The notes under the pieces are model-generated. The model had not been told where the DNA came from. It saw only the letters and a program-made list of their open reading frames with translations, and did not search any database. Made by a program: the position numbers and the translations under genes. From Squalus acanthias (Eukaryota), in contig JASTWF010000341.1 in NCBI GenBank assembly GCA_030390025.1, positions 248,001 to 312,000 on the forward strand: a stretch of DNA of 64,000 nucleotides. Direction: 5' to 3'. Position 1 is the stretch's first letter. Each line of letters begins with the position of its first letter. Positions 50,001 through 62,379 of the stretch are shown here, in pieces.

Positions 50001-50330
50001 CCTTCAGTATTTTTCCCTTACACCCCTCAATATTTCAATTATTCTGCAACCTTAAGTTTGAGTATCTTCTTTCATAACATATATTTTTGAATAATAACCT
50101 CCACTAACTATGTTAACCCATCACTGGTGATTCTGCAATCCCAATTTGCATCTCCTTTGTGAAAAGTAAGGCAAAGTACTTATTTGTATTTCTGCCATTC
50201 CCTCACTCTTCAGCATAAACTTTCTTCCTTTATCCCTCAGTGGCCCTAACACTACCTTGATCATCCTCTTAATACTAATGTTCCTATAGAAAGCCTTTTT
50301 ATTGTGATTCCTGTTACCATTGTTGTGGTG
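47030..50330 (-). mobile_element. Old CR1 LINE on the minus strand, split by the young CR1 at 47582-49098
   Basis: Reverse-complement CR1 motifs on both sides (atagaatcat tail near 47030; FSQTFDKVPH at about 49790-49820; GPLRDKG..SEGMAEI in ORF 50121-50336). The sequence rejoins across the insertion (caccaacttct|agtctctcttc). Confidence 0.7.
47582..49098 (+). mobile_element. Young 5'-truncated CR1 LINE with an uninterrupted RT reading frame
   Basis: The 478-codon ORF 47564-49000 has all RT motifs ([25 protein letters not shown]) through the native stop, followed by a (ctatgttt)n tail. Confidence 0.97.
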
Positions 50331-53300
50331 TAACAATGCAGTTTTGTAGCAAGCCTTTTTCCAAACAGTAGTGGTCTCTCCCTACGCTTTGAAAACAATA
50401 ATAATTTTCAAATTGGAATTGGATACATACTGGAAGGGGGAACATTTGCAGGGCTATGCGGAAATAATAGGGGAGTGGGACTAATTGGAAAACTCCTTCA
50501 AAGAGCCGGCACAGGCACAATGATTTGAATGGCCTCCTTCTGTGCTGTATCATTTGATGATTCTATACCATGCTTCCTGTTCCCTTTGTTTCAACTCTCT
50601 TGTATTCAGGGTTATTAGAAATGCACCAAGGGAATACTGTGGATAGGTGTGCTAGATGGAACAAATATCTTCACTTGCCTGAAACTGTTACTATGTTACT
50701 ATGTAACTGTTACAATGCATTGCTGCTAATAGTAGACTCTAAAATTAGATGACTGGATTCCACTATTAACTGCACATCCTAATTAATGTGCACTTTTTCC
50801 TATTTTGACACATTACTCACTAGAGTAATGATGGCATAACACTTCCTTCTGGTACACTATTTCTCATCAAATTGAATCTGTCTTTTTGGATTTCAGATTA
50901 CCAAGAGATGGTGCCAATAAAGTTACTTTATTTTTGATTAGGAAGTATATTAGCCAGTTTCAAAGATATTTTCTTTACTGTCCTGCCATCGATTATTTCC
51001 TGCACTGGTTGGCTGCAACATGGACTGCAGTGCTCAAATAGACTGTTATGGTGTGTACATGAAAAGTAAAATCCAGAAGATTCACAGAAGTAGAACTCGG
51101 CAAACATGTCCCGAGGAGTGAGTCCACATCCTACCTTTCCATGGCAAGGCACGTTGCTACAGCAACCTGACGTGCCTCCAGGCCATCTTGCCTTCACAAT
51201 GTTTGAACTTTAGCACAAAACTAAACAACATTTTTTTTTAATTGCGGCTTGTGCTGCAGTAGGTTAAAGCTGCAACATGAAGCTTCCCCAGGAGGTCAAT
51301 AGCACAGCGTTTTGGGAGCAAGTTGTGTTTTGAGTATTCAGCGTAGCCAGAAATGGTCCAATGTGAAGTCAATATATGTATCACCAATAAACACTGCATT
51401 GTGCGTGTGTTATGAAAAGCAGAGAGAGAGAATTCCTACAATGTGTTTAATGGGCCTTAAACTGATAGCTCACACCTGAACAAATCTGTCCATATAGCAC
51501 AGCCTCAGGCCTGCACAGATCCTCAAAGCCTGACAATTTCTGAGTTACAATCTGCAGAGACATCCAGCCCAAGGAAGTAAGTGCAGTCGGGTCATGCTGG
51601 TCATCTTTATAACCTTCAATCAAATAACAGATAAACAGTAACCTAAGAAAACAACACTTTATATTCTTTCCTGCATTGCTGCTAAATAGGTTCTGTGTTC
51701 CAAGTCAAACCGCCTTTGCCCCTTCCCATTTATCAAAAGCTTCAGTTTCTGGTTCCCACACACAGACCTGTCATGCATATGCGAATCATGTTTAACCAGC
51801 GTAAATGGGATAAAAGTTCATTTACATTAAAAAAAACAATTTAGTTTTGTATGAAAAATGTTTCTACTTCCAACATCCCGACTCTGAGACATACCTCTTT
51901 ATGTTAAAGATCTACTAATTGTTGTTTTAACCTCAGGGAACATCGTTCATTTACCTTGCTGCAGGTTAATGAAACAGTACCGACAATCTTCTTGCCCAGT
52001 TCAGCGTTAGATTTGTCACACATGATTTAACACTTTAAGTAATGATAATAGGAAGTTAAAATGATAGATAATTTTTACGAGACCTCTTTTTGCTGGTAGT
52101 ATGCCCCTGAGCCTCACCCCAACAGACTCTATCAATAAAGCCATGGCATTATTCTGAGTATCTTGACAGCGTAATCTATTTTCAAGTTCCCTTCACATTT
52201 GTGCATCCTCTTATAGCAGGTGCACTCCTTTTGCTAACAGAAGCCTTGCGCCTTCTGTAAACGTTGGAAGCAGGTGTATTTCCTGTACTAGGAAAATGAC
52301 TAACCTCAAAACACCAAGCCAATTTCTCATTTAAAAAAAAATTAGAAAAGCATAGGTATATGTTAAATCCCCATTTGAGCAGTGGACAGGGAAATGTCAT
52401 TATTTTTTATAATTATTCATACAGCAACTGAAATTACAATTTCAAAGATAATTCATTATTATTGAAATAGGAATAAAGGAGGAAAGCTTCAGCCATTGCA
52501 AAACACATTCAGCAATGCCCAAATTAATGAATGCTCCTTTTAATAACAAATTTTTAACATGTCATGCATACTGTAAACATACAGACGGTTTCTGTGTTTG
52601 AAAAACATCTCTGAACTATGTTACTACCATATGTATGCCAAGATATGCCTGCACTTATTTAGAATTTGCATTTGGTTCTCACTCGTGTTTATATCATGGA
52701 TATACAGTATTATGGATAATTTAACGGTGCTTAACTGTACCATTATTGTACAGCAACTGTATTTTGAAAAACGACCAGAAATATAATTACTGTATAAAAG
52801 AAACTCATTACATTATCATTGTACTTTCATAAACTAAATGCTTACCAATCTGTGTTTAATACCACTTAAATAAATGACTAAGTTTGCTAGTATCAGGTTA
52901 AAGAATGTGACAAGAGGACTGCAGACAATTACTGTTAACCGTGCAAAGTAATTTACAAACATCAAAGTCAAAGTCAGTCACTAACAAGAAAATATTTCAA
53001 GAGGATGTTTGAAAAGAGGGTGAGAAGTTAATGCTGTTAAACCATACAAATAGGTTTAAAGCATATAAATAGGTTTAAATATCATGAACCGCTTTCTGCC
53101 ACCAGTCACTGCTAGCAATTTGTGTATCCCAAAACTGGATTTTGACTTCAAGTGAAAAATACTAATCCATGGCAAAACGCTTCAGTACAAATTGCATCAA
53201 GTAACATTTGGAAACAAGCTCCCTATAGCACATGACAGTCCCAGAGGCAGTGTCAAGGACAGAACTATGGGTTTTAAGAGCAAATGTCTGTGCCCATTTT

Positions 53301-55039
53301 GCCAGCTAAAGTGAGGATCAATGAGGAGCCCAAGCATTAAATTTTAACCACTGTACAGTAGCTGTCACGTTTGTACTAAAGCTCAGTGTGGCCTCTTCAA
53401 GCACTATTGTATAATAAATCTCTATTGACATATTTGTATAACTTTTTAACCAAATTTAAAATTCTTTTCATCTCAATGATGAGTACAAAAACAATAACTG
53501 GCTTGCCATGGATCAGAAGAACAGTGATACACAATTAAGCTGCATTACCCCAAAGCATGTGGTATAGTAGAATTAAATTATTTAACCTTTCCAAGTTAGT
53601 TGCACATCACTATAAATGAAGAGCATAGCACAATTGGTATAAATTTTAAGAAGTAGAAACAAATGGGAAGGTAGATATAGGCAAATAAATAAAACAAAGG
53701 CAACCTTTAATGTACTAATAGTAGTATTTGTTGTGCTAACTGGGGAGTTCCTGTTTTTTCGGCAGAATTACTTATATATGTAATTTGACTGTTCCTCTCT
53801 TCAGTAAATGCAGCACTGGCATTACTCTACATCTACAGGATGGAGAGACACTTTAAAGCAAAATAAAATGGGTGTTATATTTCAAGTTAAACTTTACCTT
53901 TCAAAGTATTGTCAATGATGAAAGATTAACATGACACTGTCTTTGAATGCGAACTACAGTCCATGCAGATTGAAGCGGTGGAATCATAGCACAGATATAA
54001 AAGAAAGTTAATATATTCCTTTTAAAACAATGATGCAGAAAATAGTGTTGTAGATATAGGGTGCAGGGTTCTGACCTCCTTAATTTATTTCGCAGAATGT
54101 ACACTCTGTCACGTACTCAAAACAATGGGAAAATTCTAGGTGTTGGTTACTACCACTGTTAGTGTTAAATCCAGCTAATTATTACACCAAATCAGTATAG
54201 TTAACAGGGCATAACTGTGAGAAGGGCATGTTCTGGGCATTTAATGGCAGCTTGGATGGAGACGAATATATTACACTATGCCCTCACTAATAAAACAAAA
54301 TCCCTGACGTCCAGGAGTCAATCAGCTCAGGAAGTGCGGAAAGCAGAACACCAGGCCTCGGCCTGCACCATGATGTTCCAGTGCCCCCTAGTGACTCACT
54401 TAAACCCCTTTTTACTTGAGACCCTGAGTTTATAAATGAACCTTATACCAACTAGTGTATCCGTTTCCCGGGGCTCATATATATTTCTCTGATAAACAAA
54501 TCTGGATCAGTAAGTATTAAGACATTACAAAAGTGAATTAAGTTTTACTTTACTTTAGGGTTTTGTATAGTTATCAAAGTAGCACTGAGGAGAAAACCTT
54601 TGGAACAACACAAAACAGAGCTTTAGCACCCTCAAATTCTATGTAACAAAGCACTGACAACAAAAATACACGCAATTATATAGCAGCTTTAACATTGTAA
54701 ATGTTCCACGGTGCTGAATAAAGCCAGAAAAACAATGAGCTTCAGTAATAAAACTAGAGGTGAGCAAGCATGATCAGACAGGTTTTGGAGGAGGCATTTG
54801 AAAATAGGGAGAGGGAGCAAAGCAAAGAGGTTTAGGGAGAAAGTTACAAAGTAGAGGACCAAGACAACTGAAGATGCATCAGTGGGGAGTGGGGGAATGC
54901 ATGCGGCCAGAGTCAGAAGAGCAGAGGCTATGCACTGGCACGTGACATTTCATTTCCCTTATCTGCCAACTTTTGGGCCTCTCTACATGAAATTGTATTT
55001 TAAAAATATTTTCTGTAACACAAACCTGAGGTTCTAAAT

Positions 55040-55360
55040 GGGGCAAAAGGACAACATATTTTCATTCAATATCTGGAACCTGGTTTGAATCCAGTCCAGG
55101 TTGTTGGAATGAAAGTATACTTACTCTCTCTGACAGCTGCAAGTGCCTTACATGGATGGCTTTCAGCAGTTGTCCTCCTGAATTTGGCTCCACAGCAGAA
55201 AACGGCCCAGAATTTGACACTAACTGTGCAGTCCCACTCACAGATCACACCGGAGTAGTAAGGGGTGCTCATATGGGACTAGGGTTAAACATTTTCTTGG
55301 GACAAGTGATGAGGGAGCTTTAACCCACATTGCATCTGATATGGAATTGCTTCAGCTGAA
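55040..55360 (+). mobile_element. LF-SINE-like ancient tRNA-derived SINE
   Basis: ggtttgaatccagtccagg..gaaagt..tctgacagctg..aatttgacactaactg resembles my recalled LF-SINE consensus (ggttcgaatccagcccagg..gaaagt..tctgatggctg..aattggcactaattgg). Not verified by alignment. Confidence 0.5.
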
Positions 55361-58300
55361 TTAGTTACATAAAGCAGAAAAGTGCAGTTTCCCACTATGA
55401 TATTTCTCTCACCTCAATGGATAAGATTTTCACATAATTGCCAGTACCTTTGCTATAATTTGTGTCCCTTAATGTGAAAGTCTTAAATAAACTTGCCAAC
55501 AATTTTTTTCTTCATTGGAATTAATGAAATAAAGCAATGGGAAGATATAGACTATTGTACAACATAAGTATGACTTAATCATTAAAAGTAAAAAGGTATA
55601 GTTTATAAAAAAGGAGTATACAGGCAGTCTATACAGCAATTAATTCTGCCACCTTTCAGCACCATCTGTGCTCATTTTTCTCTCAACCAAATTCATCTGT
55701 TCCTATTTAAAGCACAGCCTTCAACATTTTTTCCGACTGTTTATATCTCATCATCCAATGTTTCAAGTCCTGCAAACAGTTATGTAGCGGCTTGCACACT
55801 GACCCCAATAAGAAAATGTTTTCGCATGCACATTATTACAACACGATTATTTTCTTTGTTGGCTGGCCCGCACTGCATCTGGGCCATGTTTTTAAAAACT
55901 GGCAAAATGAATGCATGTGCTCAAAAAAAATTATCTTAATAATAAGAGCAATGTATGTGCCCAAAAGTAAAGATGGTGGTTGGGTTTTGCAGCACTGCTA
56001 CCCTTTTTCATCAATGTAGTGTATTTTGGAATGCAACGCCATTATGAAACAGGGTGCTTTGTTTTAATATAGATTTTGCAGACTACCCCCACCGCCCATC
56101 AAAAAATATTTTCCCTTTAAATTAAGCTTTTGAAAAACAAAACTCATATTTTGGATTTTTTTGAAAGCATAATTTTCTTATCTGGGAATATTGCATTATT
56201 AACAACACTCTTGTACAGATAATATACACTCAAATACTCCTTTTACCATTGAATATTATTAAACACACTTTGGAGGCCATAAAGGCTGGAGCAGAGAATC
56301 AGAAGCTTTTCTGCTATTCTGTCATACTAATATGCAATTCTGGGGATATACTGTATGTCATAACTCAATCAATTCCTACTGCTGATTTTTTTTGCCATAA
56401 TTAGGAAATTTGGTCAAATATGTACAAGTTTCTTTTTACTGGACATTTACATTTACTGACTTGTGTATCACATTTGCTATGTAGCCAAAATTATTGCTAT
56501 GTTTGAAAGTTTTTGAAAATGGCCACGATATACCCAGATTTGGTATTATGATGGAAACTCTTTTTATTTAGACCATCACCGTTGTTACCTCAGCAACACA
56601 TTCTTATGACAACCACAAATAAACTATACATAGGAATGCATATTTTACCAAAACTCATGTGGTTTGAAACCCAAACTAGTTTTCTCCAACAGAGCATTCA
56701 TTCAACCAGAACTTTAATAAAGTTAAATAACAACCAGTGTGTGACCAAGAGCAACTTAAGTGTGTCAGAAGAAGTGGAAAGTGAGTTGTTATTTTTTCCA
56801 ACTGAATGAACTATTGGTTTGTGTAAACAACACTATATATAAACCTGGCTGAACTGCAAATTATAGTGGAGAGAAATGCATACTGGGAACTGAATGACAG
56901 GACTGCTAAACTTTTACTTTTCATGCAAATCCCAGTAATAAACAAGTTGACACAATGTAGTATGCTGAGAAATACAAAAATGTTAGCCACTGAAATCTCT
57001 ATAATTGGTCAGTCTGCTGAAACTAGTTTTATTCTCTAAGATCAAATTACGTTTACTATTCTCCCCTCCCCACTCGCAAAGTTTTCCTTACTATTATCTG
57101 AGTTTTGTCTGTAATCTTTGCGGACTGACCTTTCTGGTAGTATGTTCTCCAATCTTAAGCAGAACCTTACCTAGCTCATTAAAACTGACCTTTAACCTCT
57201 CAGATGGCAAAACAAACATAAATTACACTATGCTATAGCCCAAAGGTGAGCAAGATGAGAGTGTGGTAAATAAGGAATAATGCTAGAGCCAGATGGGTCA
57301 GACTTCCATTAAAGTCCTTTCAGAAACTATTAATCTTGCTTGTAGTCAGTGGGCTAGAAATAATTACTTCATCTAACCTATGTAATACAGCATGACTGCC
57401 AATTGGGACAGGTCAACTTTTAGCACTGTGGAACCACAAATCATCATAAGACCTACAGTTGATAGATGTAACAACATTCCGGCATTATTGAGACACTTTC
57501 AGAAAAATAAATTCACAAAAACAAATACAGAGTTTAGCTAGGCACCAATCTAATGTTTGTCCAAGTACTTCGGTGCCCCGTGGGCTATTGGGCTAAAGGC
57601 CTGGCGCCATGTCTTTCATACTGACAGTCTATTATACTTGGCTATGTTGAGCAACTGACAAGCCTGAGTGGCAGATAGTAATAACACTGCTTACCCATAT
57701 GCAAGCTTCTATCTTTTTGTACCTGACAAAATGCCTGGTAAAAGCTGCTTAAGGGGATGGTTACCCAAAATCCCCTGCATTCTTGTCAGGACTGGTATCC
57801 CAGGTGCAAATTTAATTACTTCAGGTGAACTATCCTGTCTTGTCTAGGGGTCCTTCAGAATGCAACTGTAAACAACCTGTACAATGTAATCAGGTGTCAC
57901 TGGCTTGTTTGATCTCCTACAAAAGATGTCACAAATCCATGGCAGATCGTGGGTTGAGACAAAGAACAAAAGAAAATACCTGCCAGAGAATTCTGCAGAA
58001 GATTATGTGAGTGTGTCTATTAGTACTCTACATCCTCATGCTCCTGTCTCATGCTGTCCATACAAAGTGCTACTTGTCTGACAGAGTGCTCAACTGCCAA
58101 TATGATCAAACAGAAAAAGCAATAGCTAGATAAATAAATTACAATGCTTCTTTACTAAACCTTTACAATACTACACTGCCTGAATTTGATAAAATATTAA
58201 ATGCCTTAAACCATAACAGTAAAGTTATTCAATACAGCATCCAGAAAAAAATGGTAAACTATTGTACCTTGTACTTGTGCTAGCTTTTTACTTTAGTTTC

Positions 58301-58886
58301 ATTTAGTGCAGCACGTGCTTCAAACAGTGCAGTTAGCCTCCCCTTGGCACAACCATCACAAGAAAAACAGTGAAAGAATAGCAGTGTTGAAAATCACTAT
58401 TGTTTGCTTAGACAGTTGGGGCATAAATGACTTAGAAACTCCAAATCCAGAGAGTACGAGTCCTAACCTAGTCACTGGCATTCAAACCTGCTTATCTACA
58501 ATTAACTTTGACACTTCTCAGATAGAAAGCAAGATGGAAGACTGCTAAAGTGAATCACTCCATCTCTTGTGTAACACTCCATCTCTCGTGTGGGAGGAGG
58601 GAAAGAAAGGATGAATGATCTTTCAGTACCATTCTGTCTTGCAGAAACACAACTTGTTTCAGCCAGTCACAGAGTAGCATAGAGAGCAATGTGAAGATAG
58701 AGAGTCATCCAGAGGAGATTTCCCTGTCCTCTGACTGGAGGATTGTTGGTAGAGGCATCATAGCAGACAAAAAAGGGAGAAAACAGGGAAATAAATACTA
58801 CTGGAAACTGAATTAATCCTTGAACATTTATGTGGCATAGACAGTCACATTATAAGAATACAATTGAACAGATCTTTGTGAGGGTA

Positions 58887-59320
58887 CAGTAGTGTAGTGG
58901 TTATTTTACTGGACTAGTAATCCAGAGGCCCGGACTAATCCAAAGAATGTGAGTTCAAATCCCACAATGGCAGTTTAAGAATTTGAATCTGGAAACAAAA
59001 AGCTGGTATCAATAAAAATGACCATGAAGCTGCCCAAAAAACCCAAGAAAGCCTGGCTGTCTGACAACGTTCCCCCTAATTTTGTTTGGGTGTGCGGCCC
59101 ATTTAAAGTTTCGCGCATGCACTAAATTTCACACTGGAAAAGCCAGTCCTGGGCTGCGCTTAAAGGGAACGTTGCTGCCTGCTACCTTTGCTCAGTCTGG
59201 TCAATGTGGTTGACTCTTAACTGCCCTCTGAAGTGACCTAGAGAAGTGACTCCGTTGTATCAAACTGCTAAAAAAAAACACCATCTTCTCAGATGGGCAA
59301 TAAATGCCAGCTTTGTCAGA
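58887..59320 (+). mobile_element. tRNA-Thr(AGT)-headed SINE sharing both ends with LINE family 2
   Basis: A box TAGTGTAGTGG, anticodon arm CTGGA-CTAGTAA-TCCAG (58909-58925), B box GAGTTCAAATCC (58951), and tail ccatcttctc..gggcaataaatgccagc. Confidence 0.7.
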
Positions 59321-59568
59321 AAATTAATAAGAAATGGATCACAGGGAGAAATGTGAACTTCATGTCCAGATTAATCTCATAAATATACAAATTGAAGTCA
59401 TTATCCTAAGGTACCAGGTAGACGCAAATTACGTTATTGGTACAAAATTCTTCTCTGCCCAACTACAGATTCACAATTCCTGATCTTTGCATGGTACACA
59501 ATGGTATTGATGCCGAAGATCATAACCAGTTATTAATGTGCAAAGTTAAACAAGACATCTACAGAGTT

Positions 59569-59753
59569 ACAAAAGCAAAATAGTGCAGATGCTGGAAATC
59601 TGAAATAAAAACAGAAAATGCTGGAAATACTCAGCAGGTCAGGCAGCATCTGTGGAGAGAGAAATAGAGGAAACGTTTCAGGTCGATGACCTTTCGTCTC
59701 CATTCTCTCTCCACAGATGCTGCCTGACCTGCTGAGTATTTCCAGCATTTTCT
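59569..59753. mobile_element. Penelope-like terminal-repeat insertion in inverted configuration
   Basis: Perfect 51-bp inverted repeat (59613-59663 / 59703-59753). The same unit occurs at 4930-5000, 30875-30950, 41350-41490 and 47220-47355. The Penelope assignment is inferred from the inverted structure and a hammerhead-like remnant. Confidence 0.65.
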
Positions 59754-60039
59754 AGAGAGTTGTTTGGTAGCCAACCAAGAAGTTCCATGGTTTGATTTGT
59801 GTTGAGTTAGATATTCTCAGCTGTTAGGCACGCCACAGTTGACCTCAGCACCTCTTGATTAGGTAAGGGAAAATTGGCCAAGGTCCCACTTCTGATCATT
59901 ATCCAGTAATCCCTACTAGAAGTACATAAGAGGACACTGAATTCAGATAGGATTGTGCTTGGCCAAAGGTCTCCACCCTTCCAGTCGGCAGTTGAATACC
60001 CTGCTGACAAACGTTGTTAAGACTAATAGAAATAATAGG

Positions 60040-60470
60040 CATTTAGGCGAGATACTAAATCTCAACCAACATCGATTGGGGTACAGATGGACAATGCTTT
60101 ATATTGCTAGCACTTATATGCTGCCTGAAACAACAGCTATTTTCTGCGGCACTCCAACACGAATGCCAGTTTGTCTCCTGGACATACTGTCTAAATAACA
60201 CTTGGCATGGTGACCACCTTGAAGCTCACTTCTTTAAGACCTTCAACTTTCTCAGCTCGAGCATGAGTCTAAAATCTTCGCCTTTTGGGGATCTAACAGA
60301 AATAAAAAATACTTCTGTATCACTGCAATACATAAGCCTTTTAACAAATTGTTGTCGTGGGGATCTCTTGGGATGAATTAAATGAGGAATATACTCTTTA
60401 CTGGGGCCAACTTGCCTTGAGGGAGATAAAATCCTGGTGCTTTTGGGAGGGCAAGGCATTCTAAATCATT
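60040..60470 (-). mobile_element. Second DIRS1-like RT relic
   Basis: VFFISVRSPKGEDFRLMLELRKLKVL, then after a frame change FKVVTMPSVI*TVCPGDKLAF. This resembles DIRS RT FxVPKxDGxFRxILDLRxLN..FKMETxxSVIxxVxPGDWL. Confidence 0.55.
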
Positions 60471-61019
60471 GAACTTCATTTCTGGCTAGAATCTCTGTTG
60501 AGCAGTTGAACCCTGCAAAGAATAAGCTTTTATAACCCCAACTGACTTTAAACTCAAGTCTTATGGGAGTGCTTAGCTTTGTAACTTAATCCTTGCTGGT
60601 TCAATTCCCCAGTGACAATGGAAAAGAAAATCAGGTGGGATATAAAATGGGCTGCCAATTTGCTATCGCCTCTTTCTCACTACCGCTGAAGACCAATTTC
60701 ACTCCCCTAGATTAGCAAAAACTACTACTGTCTGGACGATAGCAAGCCCTGCTCCCAAGCTGTTTTAGGTACAATTACACTACAACTGTAGTATTCGTGC
60801 AATGTGGTTTTGTTTCACATCGACGATGCAGTTATAATGTAAATGCAGCCTGAATCTTGAGTCAGGGCTTGACCTGAGATCAGAACAAAGTGGAATGAGA
60901 TTCCATGCAGTAGGGAGTGTCACTATTACAGTAAAGATTGTTCTGTTTTCCCAGATATTGAGGCCCGGACTTGTCAGGTTGACTTTGAAAACTTGTCATG
61001 AAAAGTTGACATGGTCTCT

Positions 61020-61900
61020 GCTTCAATCACTAACTCTGGTAGTGCATTCCATAACCTCACAACCTGTGTGTAATAAAAGTTTCTCCTGCTCTCTGACCTA
61101 AATCTCTACGTCTCCTTGTTCTAGACTACTCAATAACTAGAAACAGTCTATTTCTATCGACTCTGTCCCATCCTTTCATTATTTCAAACAAGTCTATGAA
61201 ATCAACCCTGAGTCTCCTTATATCTAATGCAAACAGCCCCAATTCATCAAATGTATTTTCATATTTGTATTTTGTTATACCATGCAGCAAGCTGTAGGAA
61301 ATGTGACAGCCAATTTGTGCACAGTAAGGTCCCAGAAACAGCAATGTGATAATGTACCAGATAATCTGTTTTTTTAGTGATATTGACTGAGGGATAAATA
61401 TTAGCCACGACACAGAGGAGAATTCCACTGCTCTTCTTCAAAATAGTGCCATGGGCTCTTTTATGTCCACCTGAGAGGGCCGATGTCTCAACCAAAAGAC
61501 AATGCAGCACTCCCTCAGTATTGCACTGAAGTGTCAGCCTAGATTACGTGCTCAAGTCTCTGGAGTGGGATTTAAACCCACAACCTTCTGACCCAGAGAC
61601 GAGAGTGCTACCAACTGAACCACAGCTAATACCATGCTCCAACTGAGGACTTACTAAGATTTTGTGTAGATTCACCGGGTCATCTCGACTTTTATATTCT
61701 ATACCTCTTGCCATTAACTTTTTTATGGCCTTATCCATTTGAGGTGCTGCTTTTAAGGTTTTGCAACCTGAAGCCCAAAATCCTTCTGCTCTTCCAAATC
61801 ACCCAACTTTCCCCCAAAGTATAATTATTACTTTTATTTTCTTAAACTGAAATGCTACCACCTCACATTTAATGACCTGAATTCCATCTGCCACTTTTTG
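61020..61900 (-). mobile_element. Old CR1 3' fragment interrupted by a Deu SINE
   Basis: ELGLFALDIRRLRVDFIDLFEIMKGWDRVD and RGIEYKSRD..NLHKILVSPQLEH lie on either side of the SINE. Confidence 0.75.
61280..61630 (-). mobile_element. Deu-domain SINE with tRNA head
   Basis: Reverse complement of the 31944-32365 family (tggttcagttggtagcactctc..gggtttaaatcccactccagagacttgagcac). Confidence 0.85.
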
Positions 61901-62379
61901 TTCACTCACAGAAAATGACCCAGCTTATTTTGATACAATAACCCCAGAATACAGATGTTGTATCTGCTCAAATGTCCAAGGGAGGGCCAAATCATTCAAT
62001 TCAAATACAAGCATCTTGTTGGTTCAATCGGTATAGTTGTTTGGTTCTTTTGAAATTAAGAGATGCACATTAAAATGTTGTTTTTGTGTAATTTTCTGAA
62101 ACATTTTCTCAGCCTTTCTTGTTCAGGGAGAAATAGATAGGCTAAAGACACTCAACATATTGTCAGCAACAAACTCCCATATTAAGGTTAATTTTCAGAT
62201 TCCAGTTTGTATTGCAGTTTAGCACAGTAAACAAGTCTGTTATTTTTCTATTTTTCAAGCAGCAATAGTGAAGCCTGTAGCTCCTGTAACTCTACAGTAT
62301 GCCATTTGCTTCTATTCACTTATCCATTTACTGTTAAATAAATTGGTTTGGCAGTTTTTAGCCAAAGCTGGTCTAATTA

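Noticed and set aside
58887-58975. Functional tRNA-Thr gene
   Set aside because: It has an oversized insertion after the anticodon arm, no clear acceptor stem or poly-T terminator, and continues into a SINE body.
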